DNA from: Oikopleura dioica | Taxonomy: Eukaryota > Animalia > Chordata | Length of the DNA stretch: 64,000 nucleotides | Assembly: GCA_907165135.1 (NCBI GenBank) | Contig: OU015566.1 | Coordinates: forward strand, 2,542,001 to 2,606,000 | Reading direction: 5' to 3' | In this document: positions 41,731 to 53,874 of the stretch, in pieces | Layout of the letters: each line of letters begins with the position of its first letter | How positions within the stretch are numbered: position 1 is the stretch's first letter | Translations under genes and position numbers: made by a program | The notes under the pieces: generated by a model | The model's database searches: none | What the model saw: only the letters and a program-made list of their open reading frames with translations | Told to the model about the DNA's origin: nothing

Positions 41731-43818
41731 TTAAGAACCAGTGAGACTCAAACTCCAGATTTGTCGATTTCCGCTTTGGATAATTTCTTCTTTGGATCTG
41801 TTTGATGGAGCGCTTTCGCGTCTCAAGCTCAAGGTCGAACGGAAATGCTCTGGCAAATAAGGTTCGCTTCCGATTTATTCATTTTCGTCCAAATAAAGAT
41901 GTACTCTTACAGAAAATCAGCATCTCAATTGATGATTCAAATTCTCGAACATAAAAAATTATAGAAATTCGAGGCTGAAAGATTTTTCGGAACTTGGCAG
42001 TTTATCATTCGGAACTTGAACTCCCAACGCTCTCAGGTAATTCCAGAACAACATTTCGTATCCTTCGGGCGCTTCTTCGCTTATCCAAAAGTCCAGTTCT
42101 CCGCCAGCGCAGTACATAATCAGCCGAGTGCAGAGGCAGCTCATCTCTGGCATGGGTTTCCGAACGGGTCGTTTGTAAACTCCTGTTTTGAAGAATTCGA
42201 CTCGAGCATCAAAGAGCCGATTCGCGAATTCGTAAAGCCATTTGTTAAGCGGTTTGAGAGCGTTTAATTTTTCAAGAACTAAAAATTATTTTTAAAAATT
42301 TTTTGTTTAAGGACCGCCCCCGTCAGCTCTTCTTTTCGAAAAATGATAATTTTTAAAAACACCATGTTTTTGGTTCTTCTTGCGTCCTCTGGTTAAACTT
42401 GCTTCAAAAACTTGATTAGAGGAATTTTTGACTAAGAAAATTCCATTTTCCTGTCAAAATTTGGGCAAATTCATCAATTTTTGGCGAAAAATCCAATTTT
42501 CAAATGCGATTTTAAGGGTGTGAGACTCGAGATAGACCCCCAAAAAGAAGCCTCGAAAATCGATTTTTTTACCCGTAGAATCCATTTCCGGGGTCAAAAT
42601 TTTAAAATTCCGAGATTTGATTTTTCGAAAAAAGCTGACGGGGGGGAGGGGTCCTTAAAAACCTGAATCAGACGCCTTTGGTTTTCGCCCGGTCAAATCT
42701 GCGGTCTTTCGAGCATGCGCCAACTTGATGTTTTCTCCAATATAATTTCTTAAGAAAAAATCATGATGAGAATCTAGCTTGATAAATTCCTACGATAAAA
42801 GCTTTTCGGAGTCTTCCATTTTCTCCAGAATTCCAAACCAGCCCATATTCTCAAGTCTGTCTGCAGCCAAATTCAGGGACCAAGTAGCATTCAGTCTCAT
42901 CAATTCCCGATCGCGGAAAATTTGATCCATTTTTTCCCGATCGTTTTTGTAAATTTTTCGCGTCGATGTTCTTTTAAATTGGATTTCGAAAACCTTGAAA
43001 TCAAGGAAGAAAAAACAAGCGTCTAAAATCCTTTCCCGTAGTAATCATCCGACATGAGTCCGTCAATCATCGACAAGCCGGCAAAACTGTCGATCCACAA
43101 GTGTGCAAAATCGACCATGACCTCTGGCTGCTCAAGAAACGTGTCGAAAGTGCTCTTCATGAATTTTACGTAGGTCGGTTGCTTGCTTTTTGCGACGGCA
43201 GGAATCGTCTTTTTGAAGTGATAATTCGACACTGACCTTAATTTTGATTTTTATTGACAATTTCATCAAAAAAGACATTCAGCCTTGACAAAAGGTCTGA
43301 TAAAAAATACACCCTTTTGGCCACGCCTTAGGCGTTTTTGGCCTTATTTTTAGTCCGTCGAAAAATCTACCTTTCAACTGGATCTCTTAACAAAATAATC
43401 GGCTCAACAGAGTCTTTTTCAAAAAGCTCAAAATATGACCAATCGTAGTGCAAATTTCCGATATATTTATCGTCCTCTCTGGTCGATAATTTCCTCACAA
43501 CAGGACCCAACGTTCTGTCCATAGATGTACCGCCACATTTTCCACAATCTAAAAAGTTTCAGGCATCGATGAGAGTCGAAAGACTTTACGTAAAAATCCA
43601 ATAGATTTGCTTCTGTCCCATTTTTTCAGCTGAAAATCTTCAATTTTTTCTTCCTCGAAAATTGCGTCCGAAATGATTTTCTCTTCTTCTCTCGAAATTC
43701 CGCTGGCTTTAATTCGAACGTCCAAAGTTTCTTGAGTCTCGCAGGAATAGAAAAGTAAGTAACAAAATGTTCCGAGAAAAATCGCAACGGCCAGAAATGC
43801 AGTTGTTGTTCTCATCAT
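41731..43818 (-). CDS. Golgi type II carbohydrate sulfotransferase (HS6ST/Gal3ST-like)
   Basis: Signal anchor TAFLAVAIFLGTFCYLLFY; 5'-PSB-like KCGGTS; HYDW; 3'-PB-like VSNYHF; LAADRLENMGWFGILEKMEDSEKLL; LNKWLYEFANRLFDAR. Confidence 0.7.
42311..42654. mobile_element. MITE family D, second copy (intronic)
   Basis: TTAA-GGACCGCCCCCGTCAGCT ... AGCTGACGGGGGGGAGGGGTCC-TTAA; internally similar to 18753-19089. Confidence 0.85.
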
Positions 43819-43924
43819 TTTCCTAGAAAAAACTGATAATTTTTCAATAATAACGCCTCGGACGAATAAAACCATCTGCATTCAACGTACGCGGAACGAG
43901 TAAGGCTCGTTAAAAAGCTTTTAA

Positions 43925-44413
43925 CCTTAGCCGGTCAAAGTGTCATTTTGACCCTACCGGCCTAATGCTCCGTGAGTGGTGCATCACCTGCGTATCTTCT
44001 TTAAAAATTCAATTCAAAGTCTACTGCGTTCATTTTTGGGTCCTTGGTTTGGGTTCGGGTTTGGGTTCGGATTTGGGTTTTGGTTTCAGCATCGGATAGA
44101 GTCCTCCAATTCGAAGAGAGAGACTGTTCGGCGAATTTTTCGGAAAAATATTGCTTACCGGCCAAAACACCATCAGAGGTGTCGGCGCTATTGTAGCAAT
44201 GCACCATACATGGTGCATGCAGTTATTCTCAAAATAAGCCTTTTTCCGAACCCTTACCCTAACAAAGGGTAGTCTATAGACTATAGGTAACCTAAGGGTA
44301 GCTAATCGATAAATATCCCTACAGTTTCTTCCGTTTTTCGAAAATCAAAATCACTTCGGTTAGAGACCCCTTTGATCCCTGTTCCATAGCTGGTGCACCC
44401 TGGCCGGCTAAGC
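43925..44413. mobile_element. MITE, TTAA target, CC-starting TIR (piggyBac-like)
   Basis: TTAA-CCTTAGCCGGTCA ... TGGCCGGCTAAGC-TTAA; internal GGTTTG/GGTTCG microrepeat and GGTGCA motifs. Confidence 0.65.
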
Positions 44414-45543
44414 TTAAAAAGATTTTTAGGCAAATAAAAAGATGGGCCCTTTTTTGAGTTATTTCCACAATAAATTTACGAATTTCATTTATCTTGTCGA
44501 GTTAGCCGCATCAATATCTCTTGGGTAAACTGGATCAGTTACATGTTTTGAATTTTCAAACTGTAATAGAAAATTAAGTTTTAGCGACAAAAACCTGTAA
44601 ATGAGATTTGATTTGATTTTTGCAAACTGAAGCGAGAGATTCTTAAAAGTTTATTTTAAAAGGGGGCAGATAAAGGGCAAATTCCCTTCATTATAAACAT
44701 ATTGCCAAAAATAATTTGCTCATGTCATATTTTTGTTGCAGAATAAATTTGAAATAATTAATAATGACAAGCTTATATAAAGACTAATCATGATCAATGC
44801 GTCAGGCCGTGAACAACGGGCTTACATTCACAGCCAAACTTGACGGTCGTTATCTCGAAGTGATTAAATTTGAAAAAGAAAAATGAGGCTCTTTTGAGAG
44901 AAAAATTATTGACCGTAAATTGTCAACTTCGAGAAAAATAAAAGGTAAGTTAATCCTCCTTCTTTATCTTCATCCATTCATTCTTCTTTTAGGAAAAAAC
45001 AAAAAGAAACGAGCAGAGAAAAATACTAACCGTAAGTTTTTTCAAGAAAAAGTTGAGAATATTATTAAATTGAAAACCGATAATACCGGTAGTTCAAAAA
45101 TCCAAACAACTTGTATCGAAAAATTTGTACATTTTACTAACGAAAATTCCTTTCCCATCGCCATTAAAATTGGCTTACCTCAGGTTAGTGATTATTGAAA
45201 TGTCAAATGCCGACGGGGATAATAAATAATGAAAAATCAAACAACCGCGTTTCGAAGTCAAATCTCTTTCGTGAAAACAGATTTTCTAGATTCCAATTGA
45301 GCTTGAAATATTTTTGCATTTACATTTCTCATTGACAAGAATCATCTTTGCACAAGAAAAATTAATATTGACTTTATGAATTAGCTCCGCAAGCGAAAAA
45401 GAAGCTCGAGAAAACGAAGAAAATAAAGAGAAAATGAATACTAAAGAAAAACGAAGCAAAATTGAAAATTATTCCGTTATTTTACTTTTTTAAGTTTTGG
45501 GAACTGGTTTGTTATAACTTATAACTTATAAGCAAGAAAATAA

Positions 45544-46692
45544 ATGTTTTACTATTTCGGAAACCAGAAGAAGGGCGCTGCTCGTGACATTTATTCTTTC
45601 GAAAATGAGTGCAATCAATCGATTGATCAGAATATTCCTCGGCTCGAAATGATGGAAGAACAAGAAATGACGGAAGAAGAAGAAATCATAGAAAATGACT
45701 TTGAGGATCTCGATAAGGAAGTCAAAAAACTTAAATCATGCAAGACATTTGAAGCGCTCCCGGAAAATTGGAAAACAAATGAATCTTGGGAGGTTGGTTT
45801 CATCGAAGCGCCGAAATGTCCAGAAAAAGAACTGATAATAATCGTCAACACTGCCCATAAAAATCGGGGAAATCGACTTCTTCTTCGCCGATATTTCGAA
45901 GGTTAAGCCCAACCCTAACCCCTTACCCTAACCCTAACCTAACGATGTTTTCGCGCTTTTTGATCCCCTTTTTTCTAGAGCTGGAGAAGAAGCAAATAAA
46001 TTTCGCGTATTTCTTCCTTCTCGGAAAATCAGAAACCCCGATAGAAAACGAAAACGACTGGATCATCGGCGACTTCGACGACACTTACGACAATCTCATT
46101 CTGAAAACGAAATCTTCTTATGAGTACTTTGAGCGATTCTGCGGCTCGGCAAAGTTTTATCTTTTGATTGACGACGATGTTGCTTTTTACCCTGCGAAAA
46201 TTATTGAGAAATTGGGAGAGGAAGGAGCAAAAGATACTATTTTAGGCAAAAGATGGAATAAAGCAAAAGGTACGGAAAATTTGAAATTTCAAATGAACAT
46301 TTCTACTTGAAAGCGCACAATCATCCCTGGCTGAAAGAAAAGGGAATAACAATTTCGGAAGATCAGTGGGCGAAGCAGTTCTGGCCGGACTACATTGCTG
46401 GTCCTTGCGCGTTCATGACAGCGGAGAGTGCGAGAAGCATGGCAAATGTTGCTCAAATGACAAAAAAGCTCTCACAATCCCTATTGAAGGAAATTGTTGA
46501 ATTCGAAAATTGAATTAGACTATTAGTGTTTATATAATTTTTTTCAACAACTGAAAAGACGTGGCTTTCAACGGAATCCTCCGAGAAAAAGCCTGCCTCG
46601 ACCTGAGAAATGAAGAAAATCTCTGTGTTCACTTAGAAGGAAACACGAAGAAGCTCGAAAATAGAATAAATGATGCAATTAAAAACATGTAA
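45544..46692 (+). CDS. GT31 beta-1,3-glycosyltransferase (galactosyl/GlcNAc transferase family); start uncertain
   Basis: IIVNTAHKNRGNRLLLR; DWIIGDFDDTYDNLILKT; YLLIDDDVAF (DxD); WPDYIAGPCAFMT; DVAFNGILR. Confidence 0.8.
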
Positions 46693-46735
46693 AAACGCAA
46701 CACTTTTTTTACAGAAATAAAAGATATCCGTCACT

Positions 46736-47095
46736 TTGAAAATTTTCATCTGGAGCGCCTATTTTCTCGCGAAATCTTGCGGAACGCGACCGTCAAAAAG
46801 CTTTGAAACGAATTTCATTCTCATAAATATGGGGGAGAACGAAAAAGATAGAAAATTAGAAAAAAAGAGAGTTGGTCTAAACGGCAAGAATATCAAGCAA
46901 GGAAAAAGAATGATTGATTCCAGAACTAAAGAAACAAACGCGACGCAAGCGCCGACAAACGAAGGAATCAAGAAAGAAAATAAAAGCGAACCGGATACTA
47001 CCAGTAATTGGCAAGAAAAGCGAAGTCGAAAAAAGGGTCTGGCTGTTGCTATTTTTGCTGGATTTGGTGTTTTTCTTGTTTATCTTTTCTTATGA
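46736..47095 (+). CDS. Possible small protein with C-terminal transmembrane anchor
   Basis: ORF ending KKGLAVAIFAGFGVFLVYLFL*; exon structure unclear. Confidence 0.35.
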   Translation: MKIFIWSAYFLAKSCGTRPSKSFETNFILINMGENEKDRKLEKKRVGLNGKNIKQGKRMIDSRTKETNATQAPTNEGIKKENKSEPDTTSNWQEKRSRKKGLAVAIFAGFGVFLVYLFL

Positions 47096-47113
47096 AAGTG
47101 ATTTGAATTAAAC

Positions 47114-47583
47114 CTGGGGTCGGCGGTCCATCTTTCAAAGATGGGTATGAATCATACCGTATGATGGGTGCTGGGAAAGATGGGAATGATGGGTAAACCC
47201 ATCTTTCCATAACCCATCATCTGATTCTGTAAGATGGGAAAGATGGGTCTCCCAAAGATGGGTAAGATGGGTTCAAATGATGGGTAAGATGGGTTTCACT
47301 CAGTTTTAAGATCGGATGTCTATCTTGTTATCTAAACCTGATGTACAGTTTTATTCTTCCATTGATAAATGATAATGATGATTTCCTGTTTCTGAAAACC
47401 CATCATTTCCTTCTCTGACACCCATAATTCCCATATTTGGAACTCATCTTCCCCACCTTTCGGTTACCCATCTTTCCCATCTTTGAAACCCATCTTTCCT
47501 ATCATTCCCATCTTACCCATCTTTCGGGAAAACCCATCTTTCCCTAACCCATCTTTGTTTGAAAGATGGGTCGCCGACCCCAG
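47114..47583. mobile_element. hAT-like MITE with 8-bp TSD AATTAAAC
   Basis: TIR CTGGGGTCGGCG / CGCCGACCCCAG; TSD 47106-47113 and 47584-47591; subterminal AGATGGG repeats that switch orientation mid-element. Confidence 0.9.
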
Positions 47584-47719
47584 AATTAAACATACCAGAA
47601 AATAACGTGATCATATAAGTTAGGTATATCTTATTACCGCGATTAGCATATCTGACTGACTGATTTATTATATTTTTATTCAAATCACGAAAAAGTATTC
47701 GAAAACATCAGAATTTACA

Positions 47720-50520
47720 ATGATCTTCGATTCTCGGAATCACCCTTTTCCGAGCTGAACTCTCTGCCCAAACTGACCATTCACCGCGAAGAAATTGGCC
47801 TGGACTGGCAGAAAAATCCCTGCAAACCGTCATCGATGATTTGCGATGCCGTGCCTCGCTGGATCCCCTTGACAGCAAGCGATAAAACGGCAACACAAGA
47901 GCAGTGCTCTTTTACACTTCGCGAATCCGATTCGACGGCAAATTCAGAAATATTACCATGATTAAGAATTGTCTGGGGCTAATGACTAATTTGCATGCAG
48001 GCACAATGGATTTGTAAGTGTCCTGCTTCAAGAATTTTGTTCATTAACGGATTTTAGAAAACAGGAAGCCCGTCAGATTTGCGGAACTTTGGATGCAAGT
48101 CTTCCTCGCCCGAAAACAAAGGACGATATTCTACAAATAAGTATTTTTTCATCAATTTTTTCGGAATAATATTTGCCGATTTTTAAAATAGTCAATTTCG
48201 CCATGCAAATTTTGCCAAATATTTTCGACCGACCTGAGTTCTCGGCTGGAGATACCGTCGCTTACTTGAACCGGCGAACGATGACGGACTACAGGTCAGG
48301 CTAGCGATCTTTTGAGGCCATCAAAGACACTTCTCGCGCTTTCCACTTCTTTGACTAGCATCAAAAAGCTTCGTGACGGCAAACAATATTGGCAAATTGG
48401 CGGACAGCGATGGCAACATCCTCGATAATTTCTCTTTCATCTCTCGCAACACTTTAGGAGAACTTGATCCAGAGTACTCTTATTTAACTGTCGATGTGAG
48501 AGACTCTCATGGAAATTGCGACCCTTACTGCGTTAAAATGGAGCCACGTTCTCTCTTCAAATGGTCAATCCAAAGTGTCGATCCTGAAAGAGGATTGTAC
48601 GCGACTCTTGGTGAGACCATTCATCTTTTTCTCCTTTTAATTTTAAGTTTGTTTCTACGAAAATGGGTTTGATTGGACAATAAGCCATCATGACAAGAAT
48701 ATAAGAGATGGTAAGCGAGAAGAGATACCAGTCATATTTTCAGTTAGGATGATTCAAAAACTTTTTTGGGGCCGGAAATCGTAAAAACTGCAAGTGCAGT
48801 TTTCTTCAGCTCGTCAAGACGAGTCGAATGATGGGTCTAACTCCTGATAATTCTAAGGATCGACCGGCTTACCGGCTGGTTTCCGAAAAATACGTTGTCA
48901 CCGGACGGTTTGTTCTAGAAGTGATAGACTAATGTTTGACACCGGAAAAAGTTCCTTAAAGTAAGTTCTCTTGCAGGGTAAAAGATGAGGGTTTTATCAA
49001 TACTCTGAAGAGAGTTATCACTAAAATACTATTTTTGGCAAAAATGGGACTAGAAATTAGGAACGTGCAGCAACAATAAAATTTTAGTAAAAATTTCTCT
49101 TTTTAGTGATAACTCTCTTAAGAGTATTGATAGAACCTTCATCTTTTACCCTGCAGAAGAACTGACTATAAGGAACAATATCCGGTGTCAAACATTAGTC
49201 TATCACTTCTAGAACGAAAACGGCCGGTGACAACGTATTTTCCGGTAACCAGCCGGTAAACCGGTCGATCCTTAGAATTATCAGGAGTTAGACCCATCAT
49301 TCGATTGGTCTCAACGAGCTGGAAAAAACTGCACTCTAGGGTCGGCACCGACCACGACTTTCCCAGGTCGGGTTGGTCGGTCCCCCAGAAATTGGGCGAA
49401 ATCTGTGGTCGCTTTGGTTGGTCGGGTCGCCTTAATTTTTGGTCGGTTTCTGGTCGGTCGGTGGTCGGTTTTGGTCCGGTCGGGTCGGTTTTATCCAACC
49501 AAACTATGATTCGCTTTTAGTTATTCACAAAAATAATACTCGAGTGGTGAAGAAAATGCGTAGGTGTCCGACCAAAAACCGACCAACCCGACCATAAACC
49601 GATCAAAATCCGACCAAAACCGACCATAAACCGACCATCGACCAACCAAACCCGACCACCGACCAAATAAAGGATAAAAATCTCAGGTTGGGTTGGTCGA
49701 TACCAAAATCAACCCGACCAAACACGACCAGGTCGGGTTTTGGTAGGTGGTCGGTGCCGACCCTAGACTGCACTCGCAGTTTTTTTCGATTTCGGGCCCC
49801 ACAAAAACTTTTTGAAATAATCTAGGATTTATTAAATTTATTGTTAAGATTTTACGTGGTATGAACCGAATATGTTTAACAATTTCTCGATCTTGCAAGC
49901 GTGGGATAGAAAAGGAAATGCTTGGGAAGAACTTGGCCAGAATGCAGCTTTCAGCACTTTGACGGTTTTTCAGGGCGTTAACAATCCATTTTATGGGATC
50001 GCGATGTAATTTTCAATCGAATGTTTAAAGAAAACATGTGTTTTTTAAGACGAGATTCAGAAGAGGCCTGCCAGCTTCTCGGAGGAAAATTGATAGAAAG
50101 CGACAAAGAGTTGCATTTCTTCATCAAAGCATTTCAAAGAGCGTTCGAGGACGAACAAGAGACACTAACTTACAACCAACTCGCCAATTTACGCATACCT
50201 CTCAAAATCGGCATACCTACTTTTCTAGGAAAAGCTTAAAATAATCCCCCTTTTCTCATTATTCAACGAAATTTTCGAGCTTGAACAGATATGCAACAAA
50301 ACTGCTCAGAAAGTGGGACAAAGGAACACAAAGAAACCCGATGCGGGTCTCGTGTTTTTGGTAAATTCTCAGAAAATTTAATATCAAAGCTCATTTTTCG
50401 AATTCAGATCCTTCCGAATATATCGATATTGATATCGTTCCAGTTTACAATCACGACGAATCTGGTGGCACAGTAGTTTCCACCCTCGACTTGAACTGGT
50501 TCAACTATCTTCAGGGTATT
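47720..50520 (+). CDS. C-type-lectin-like domain protein(s), fragmented by intronic repeats
   Basis: EARQICGTLDASLPRPKTKDDI and DSEEACQLLGGKLIESDKELHF resemble the CTLD N-terminal pattern; exons are short and could not be fully assembled. Confidence 0.45.
48753..49818. mobile_element. Foldback element with ~280-bp inverted arms; right arm split by a hAT MITE
   Basis: 48753-49030 is the near reverse complement of 49095-49335 plus 49775-49818; related sequence at ~57930-58215. Confidence 0.8.
49336..49766. mobile_element. hAT-like MITE with 8-bp TSD ACTGCACT
   Basis: TIR CTAGGGTCGGCACCGACCAC / GTGGTCGGTGCCGACCCTAG; TSD 49328-49335 and 49767-49774; CCGACC subterminal repeats. Confidence 0.9.
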
Positions 50521-50522
50521 AA

Positions 50523-51206
50523 GGGGTCCCCTCCCGGAATTTCAAAGCTTTATAACGGGTCTCTTTGTGGGATATTTAGATTTCTCGTGTTCTGAGGATC
50601 ATTTTGATATATTATGGTACCCCCTAACAAACATCCTAACCCGAAATTTTGGCCTTCAAAAATCGCAAAAATACATGTAAATTATACTTAGCGTAAAAAT
50701 CGTATTTTTTTCGACTTTTCAATGTCATCCAAAATAGACAAATAAGGGGTCTTTGGAAAGCTTAGAATCTACTGATTAAGAATATTATAACCGCAGAAGA
50801 ATTTTTGGCCGTAATTCGGCGCTAGAGGGCAATTTGAAGCTAAAAAACTGGCAAAAATGGGTTCGAAAAGTTTTTCTTAAGAAAATTTTTTACTGACATG
50901 ATGAATCATGCTAAAGCTGCGCTTGAATTTAGATGAGGGTACATTTTTCATATTGAAGAAGTTATCAGAGAACTTTGATACCTCAAAACAAAGTTATTCC
51001 CACCTTTATACCCCCTAAAACGCGTTTTTTTAGGAATTCGTCTTTTTCAAAGCAAAAATTGAGGATGTTTCACTTATCCAAAAGAGCTAAAGCTGCGCTA
51101 GAATTGTAATTAGGGGATAAGCTTTTATATGCGGATTGAATTTAAAAAATCCATAAGGGAAAACGAAAGTTATTTCAATGAAAAGTTGACGATTCCGGGG
51201 GATCCC
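50523..51206. mobile_element. MITE, TTAA target (Kolobok-like)
   Basis: TTAA-GGGGTCCCCTCCCGGAAT ... ATTCCGGGGGATCCC-TTAA; internal duplication of TAAAGCTGCGCT.GAATT. Confidence 0.7.
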
Positions 51207-51609
51207 TTAAAAGAAAAGAAAGAAAAATTTTTGGACAAATATATTTAGGTCGAAATCTCCTCCGACTCTTCAGGCCAAAATCTGCCGCCGTTGACCAAAT
51301 CTGCATTCAGAAATAAATTTGATCATATTTATTATATTAGTCGTTATTTATATAGAAATACCGCGATTGGCATTTCTGACTGACTGATTCTGATTTTCGA
51401 GTGAAATAGCTAATCAACCAATTAAAATTTGACTCTAGTGTCTCTTCTTTGAGAGTTCCGTCAAACCAGTGACGCCTACGCAATCTACGTTACAAATCTC
51501 CTATGTTTTTAGAGAATTTTTGGAGAATTGTAACGTCAATGTGCATCTTTCAAAAATCAGTCAGTCAGGACTGCCAATCGCGGTATATGTTATTTTTTTC
51601 AGAATATTT

Positions 51610-53718
51610 TTAGTAAGGATCTTTGAGTATTCCGTGAAAACAGACGATTTCTCCTCCATTTCCTTCCAATTTCGTCGGCGGAGGACATTTTTCGTTGCCG
51701 GAGTCTTTCACCCAAGCGTAGAAGCCTCTTCCATAGTAAGCCGCATAATTATCTCCAAAAAGGATCGACGCGTACCACATGTTCCCTTCCCCGAGGTCTC
51801 CAAACTGAATTCTCGCTTTCGCCATTTTTCCTTCTTTTCTGGCAGACTGATAGACAATCGTTCCATTGACACTCGCCCGAAGATAAATGCCCCGATGAAG
51901 CTTGTCAGTGTTAATGACTTTGATCATCGGGCAGCAGGATTTTCCAGTCACGTGGTTTTCAAAATAACGTTGATTTCTCGCAATTTTTTACCATCGGAGC
52001 AATTTCGGCAATCGCAGTCCCATCTTCGCGCGACACAGTGCCCTGCAGGGCTACAACATGACCCGTTTCGCATCAGCTCGATCGGCTCATCTAACTCGGG
52101 CCTGGCGAGTGTGGCATATTTCGGCCCCCTGAAAATTGGGGCTTCCAGACTGCTTGCATACCAATTCTTAAAGAAACAAGACGGCTGCGATCGAATTTTT
52201 GGGTTTTCTTTGCATTTGCTCGCGTATTTGAAGACACTGTCAAGCATGCACTCGTAGTCGAACTTAGCATAATGCAAAGTAATTCCACTGAGCAGTTTGC
52301 AAATCGGCGTGTTTTCTTCTATTGGAAACGCGAGAAAGCGCTCGTCGTGGAAAATTCGATGCTCTAAATCCATTTTCTTGAAGACGATTCCTTCAAAGAC
52401 GTCGTCGATGATTATGAACGGGATGAGCTGCATTTGACTCTGGAGCATGAATAGTGCTTTTCGGTTCAGAAATCCACCGGAGCCAGAAACCCACGCCGGA
52501 TACTTTGGATACGGCCACCTTTTTAAGGGTGTCAATTGACAATTGTCTTAATTTAAGGAGGGGGTCGACGAGAATCGGGATTTCCGTGACCAAAAATGCG
52601 GGAAAACCTGATTAGATAGGCAAAATCTGATTTTACTGGTGGATAGAATAGGGTTGTGAAAATCAGGCGGCGAAAACTAGAAAAATTTTTGGCCAGAAAA
52701 ATCGGTCAAAAATCTCGTCAAAGTAGGGCCATTTTCTCGAAAATGCACCATAAATTGTCAATTTCTTTACAATTTTGTTCATTTCGACCCCTAAATCTAA
52801 TTTTTATCAAATGATTTTAGACTCAACAAATTCGGGAGAATCTGTAGATTCCAAAAAATATAAGATTCATATCCTGACTATGTGTTTAAGCGAAATTACG
52901 ATCACCTTGAAAAAATTCTCGTCGACCCCCCCCCCTGAAAATTAGATATTCTCAAGGTTTTTATATTTTATAATTTTTTAATAATTATTTTTAAAAGTTT
53001 TTTATTATTTTATTATTATCACTTATAATTATATCATTATTATTTGATACCCTTAAATTTTGTCTCTGAACTCTTGTTTCTCAATCGTTGAGTCATATCC
53101 ACTGCCAAATTTCATTCCCCACATTGCCGCCTCATCCTCAGCGAGGTCCCATTTTTCCTCAAAAAACTCCAATATTTTCAGCGGGTTCAGAAAAGTGTCA
53201 TCATCGCCGCGATAGACAAATTTAACATTAGGTGCGTTTTGCGTCGTCCAAGAGAAGAACATTTGCTCCTTGACTGTCAAGTTCCAGTAGTTTTCCTTGA
53301 ACTCGCCGTACAAGATATCATCGTGGAGTTTTAGCTCTTCGAGGATTTCGTGATTTTCATCCATTTCTTTTTGCCCGAGAAGGAAGACAAACTTGACTTT
53401 GAATTTATGCTTGTATAAATTTGCGTTTCCGAAAGATCTTCTTATGGCATCTCGTCGTTGACGCTTGGTTGAAACTGTTTTGATGCCAAAAATAATCTCG
53501 ATTTCTTCGAGCGGCTCTTTCGGGGAATGAAGAATTTTGTAAGGAAGAATGTTCGTTTTTTGGGGGATGTAGGATCCGTTGTTGATAAAAAACTTCAGGT
53601 TCGTTTCATCTTTAGAGCTGTTTGTTCTTTTTTCTTGGAGGAAGATTCTCTGGCTTATAAGAATAAACACAATTAAAGAATAAATCAGAAGAAACCCAAA
53701 CTTTTTTTGGGCAATCAT
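51610..53718 (-). CDS. GT31 beta-1,3-glycosyltransferase (B3GNT/B3GALT-like) with Cys-rich C-terminal extension
   Basis: Signal anchor FGFLLIYSLIVFILI; FGIKT...RRDAIR; FVFLLG; DDILYGEFKENYWNLTVK; FVYRGDDDTF; YPKYPAWVSGSGGF; IDDVFEG. The ORF continues into CCSPAGHCVARRWDCDCRNCSD; linkage to the 51610..51951 ORF is inferred. Confidence 0.85.
52527..53052. mobile_element. TTAA MITE (GGGTRTCAA TIR) containing a nested TTAA MITE at 52557-52935
   Basis: Outer TTAA-GGGTGTCAA ... TTGATACCC-TTAA; inner TTAA-GGAGGGGGTCGACGAGAA ... TTCTCGTCGACCCCCCCCCC-TGAA; within the GT31 intron. Confidence 0.7.
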
Positions 53719-53874
53719 TTTTTTTCTTTTTTTACCGGCGCAGACGAGAATCGCCGGTTGTTTCTGCTGGTGCACTCGAAACCGCATGTAAAATATTGCG
53801 AGAAAGCTCTTCAAAATAGCACCCTTAGACCAAGAACATCCACAAGAATTTTTCGCTCAATACAAAAAAGAAAG

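Noticed and set aside
45908-45942. True chromosome end / telomere
   Set aside because: Only a few degenerate units, embedded in an intron with genes continuing on both sides.
47130-49760. CRISPR-like arrays (AGATGGG and CCGACC repeats)
   Set aside because: Irregular short repeats bounded by TIRs and 8-bp TSDs, with no constant repeat-spacer period and no cas genes, in a eukaryotic context.
52527-53052. MITE acting as a precise introner in the GT31 gene
   Set aside because: Removing the element plus one TTAA does not restore the frame; splicing needs flanking GT (...CAA GA|GTTCAG) and AG sites outside the TIRs.
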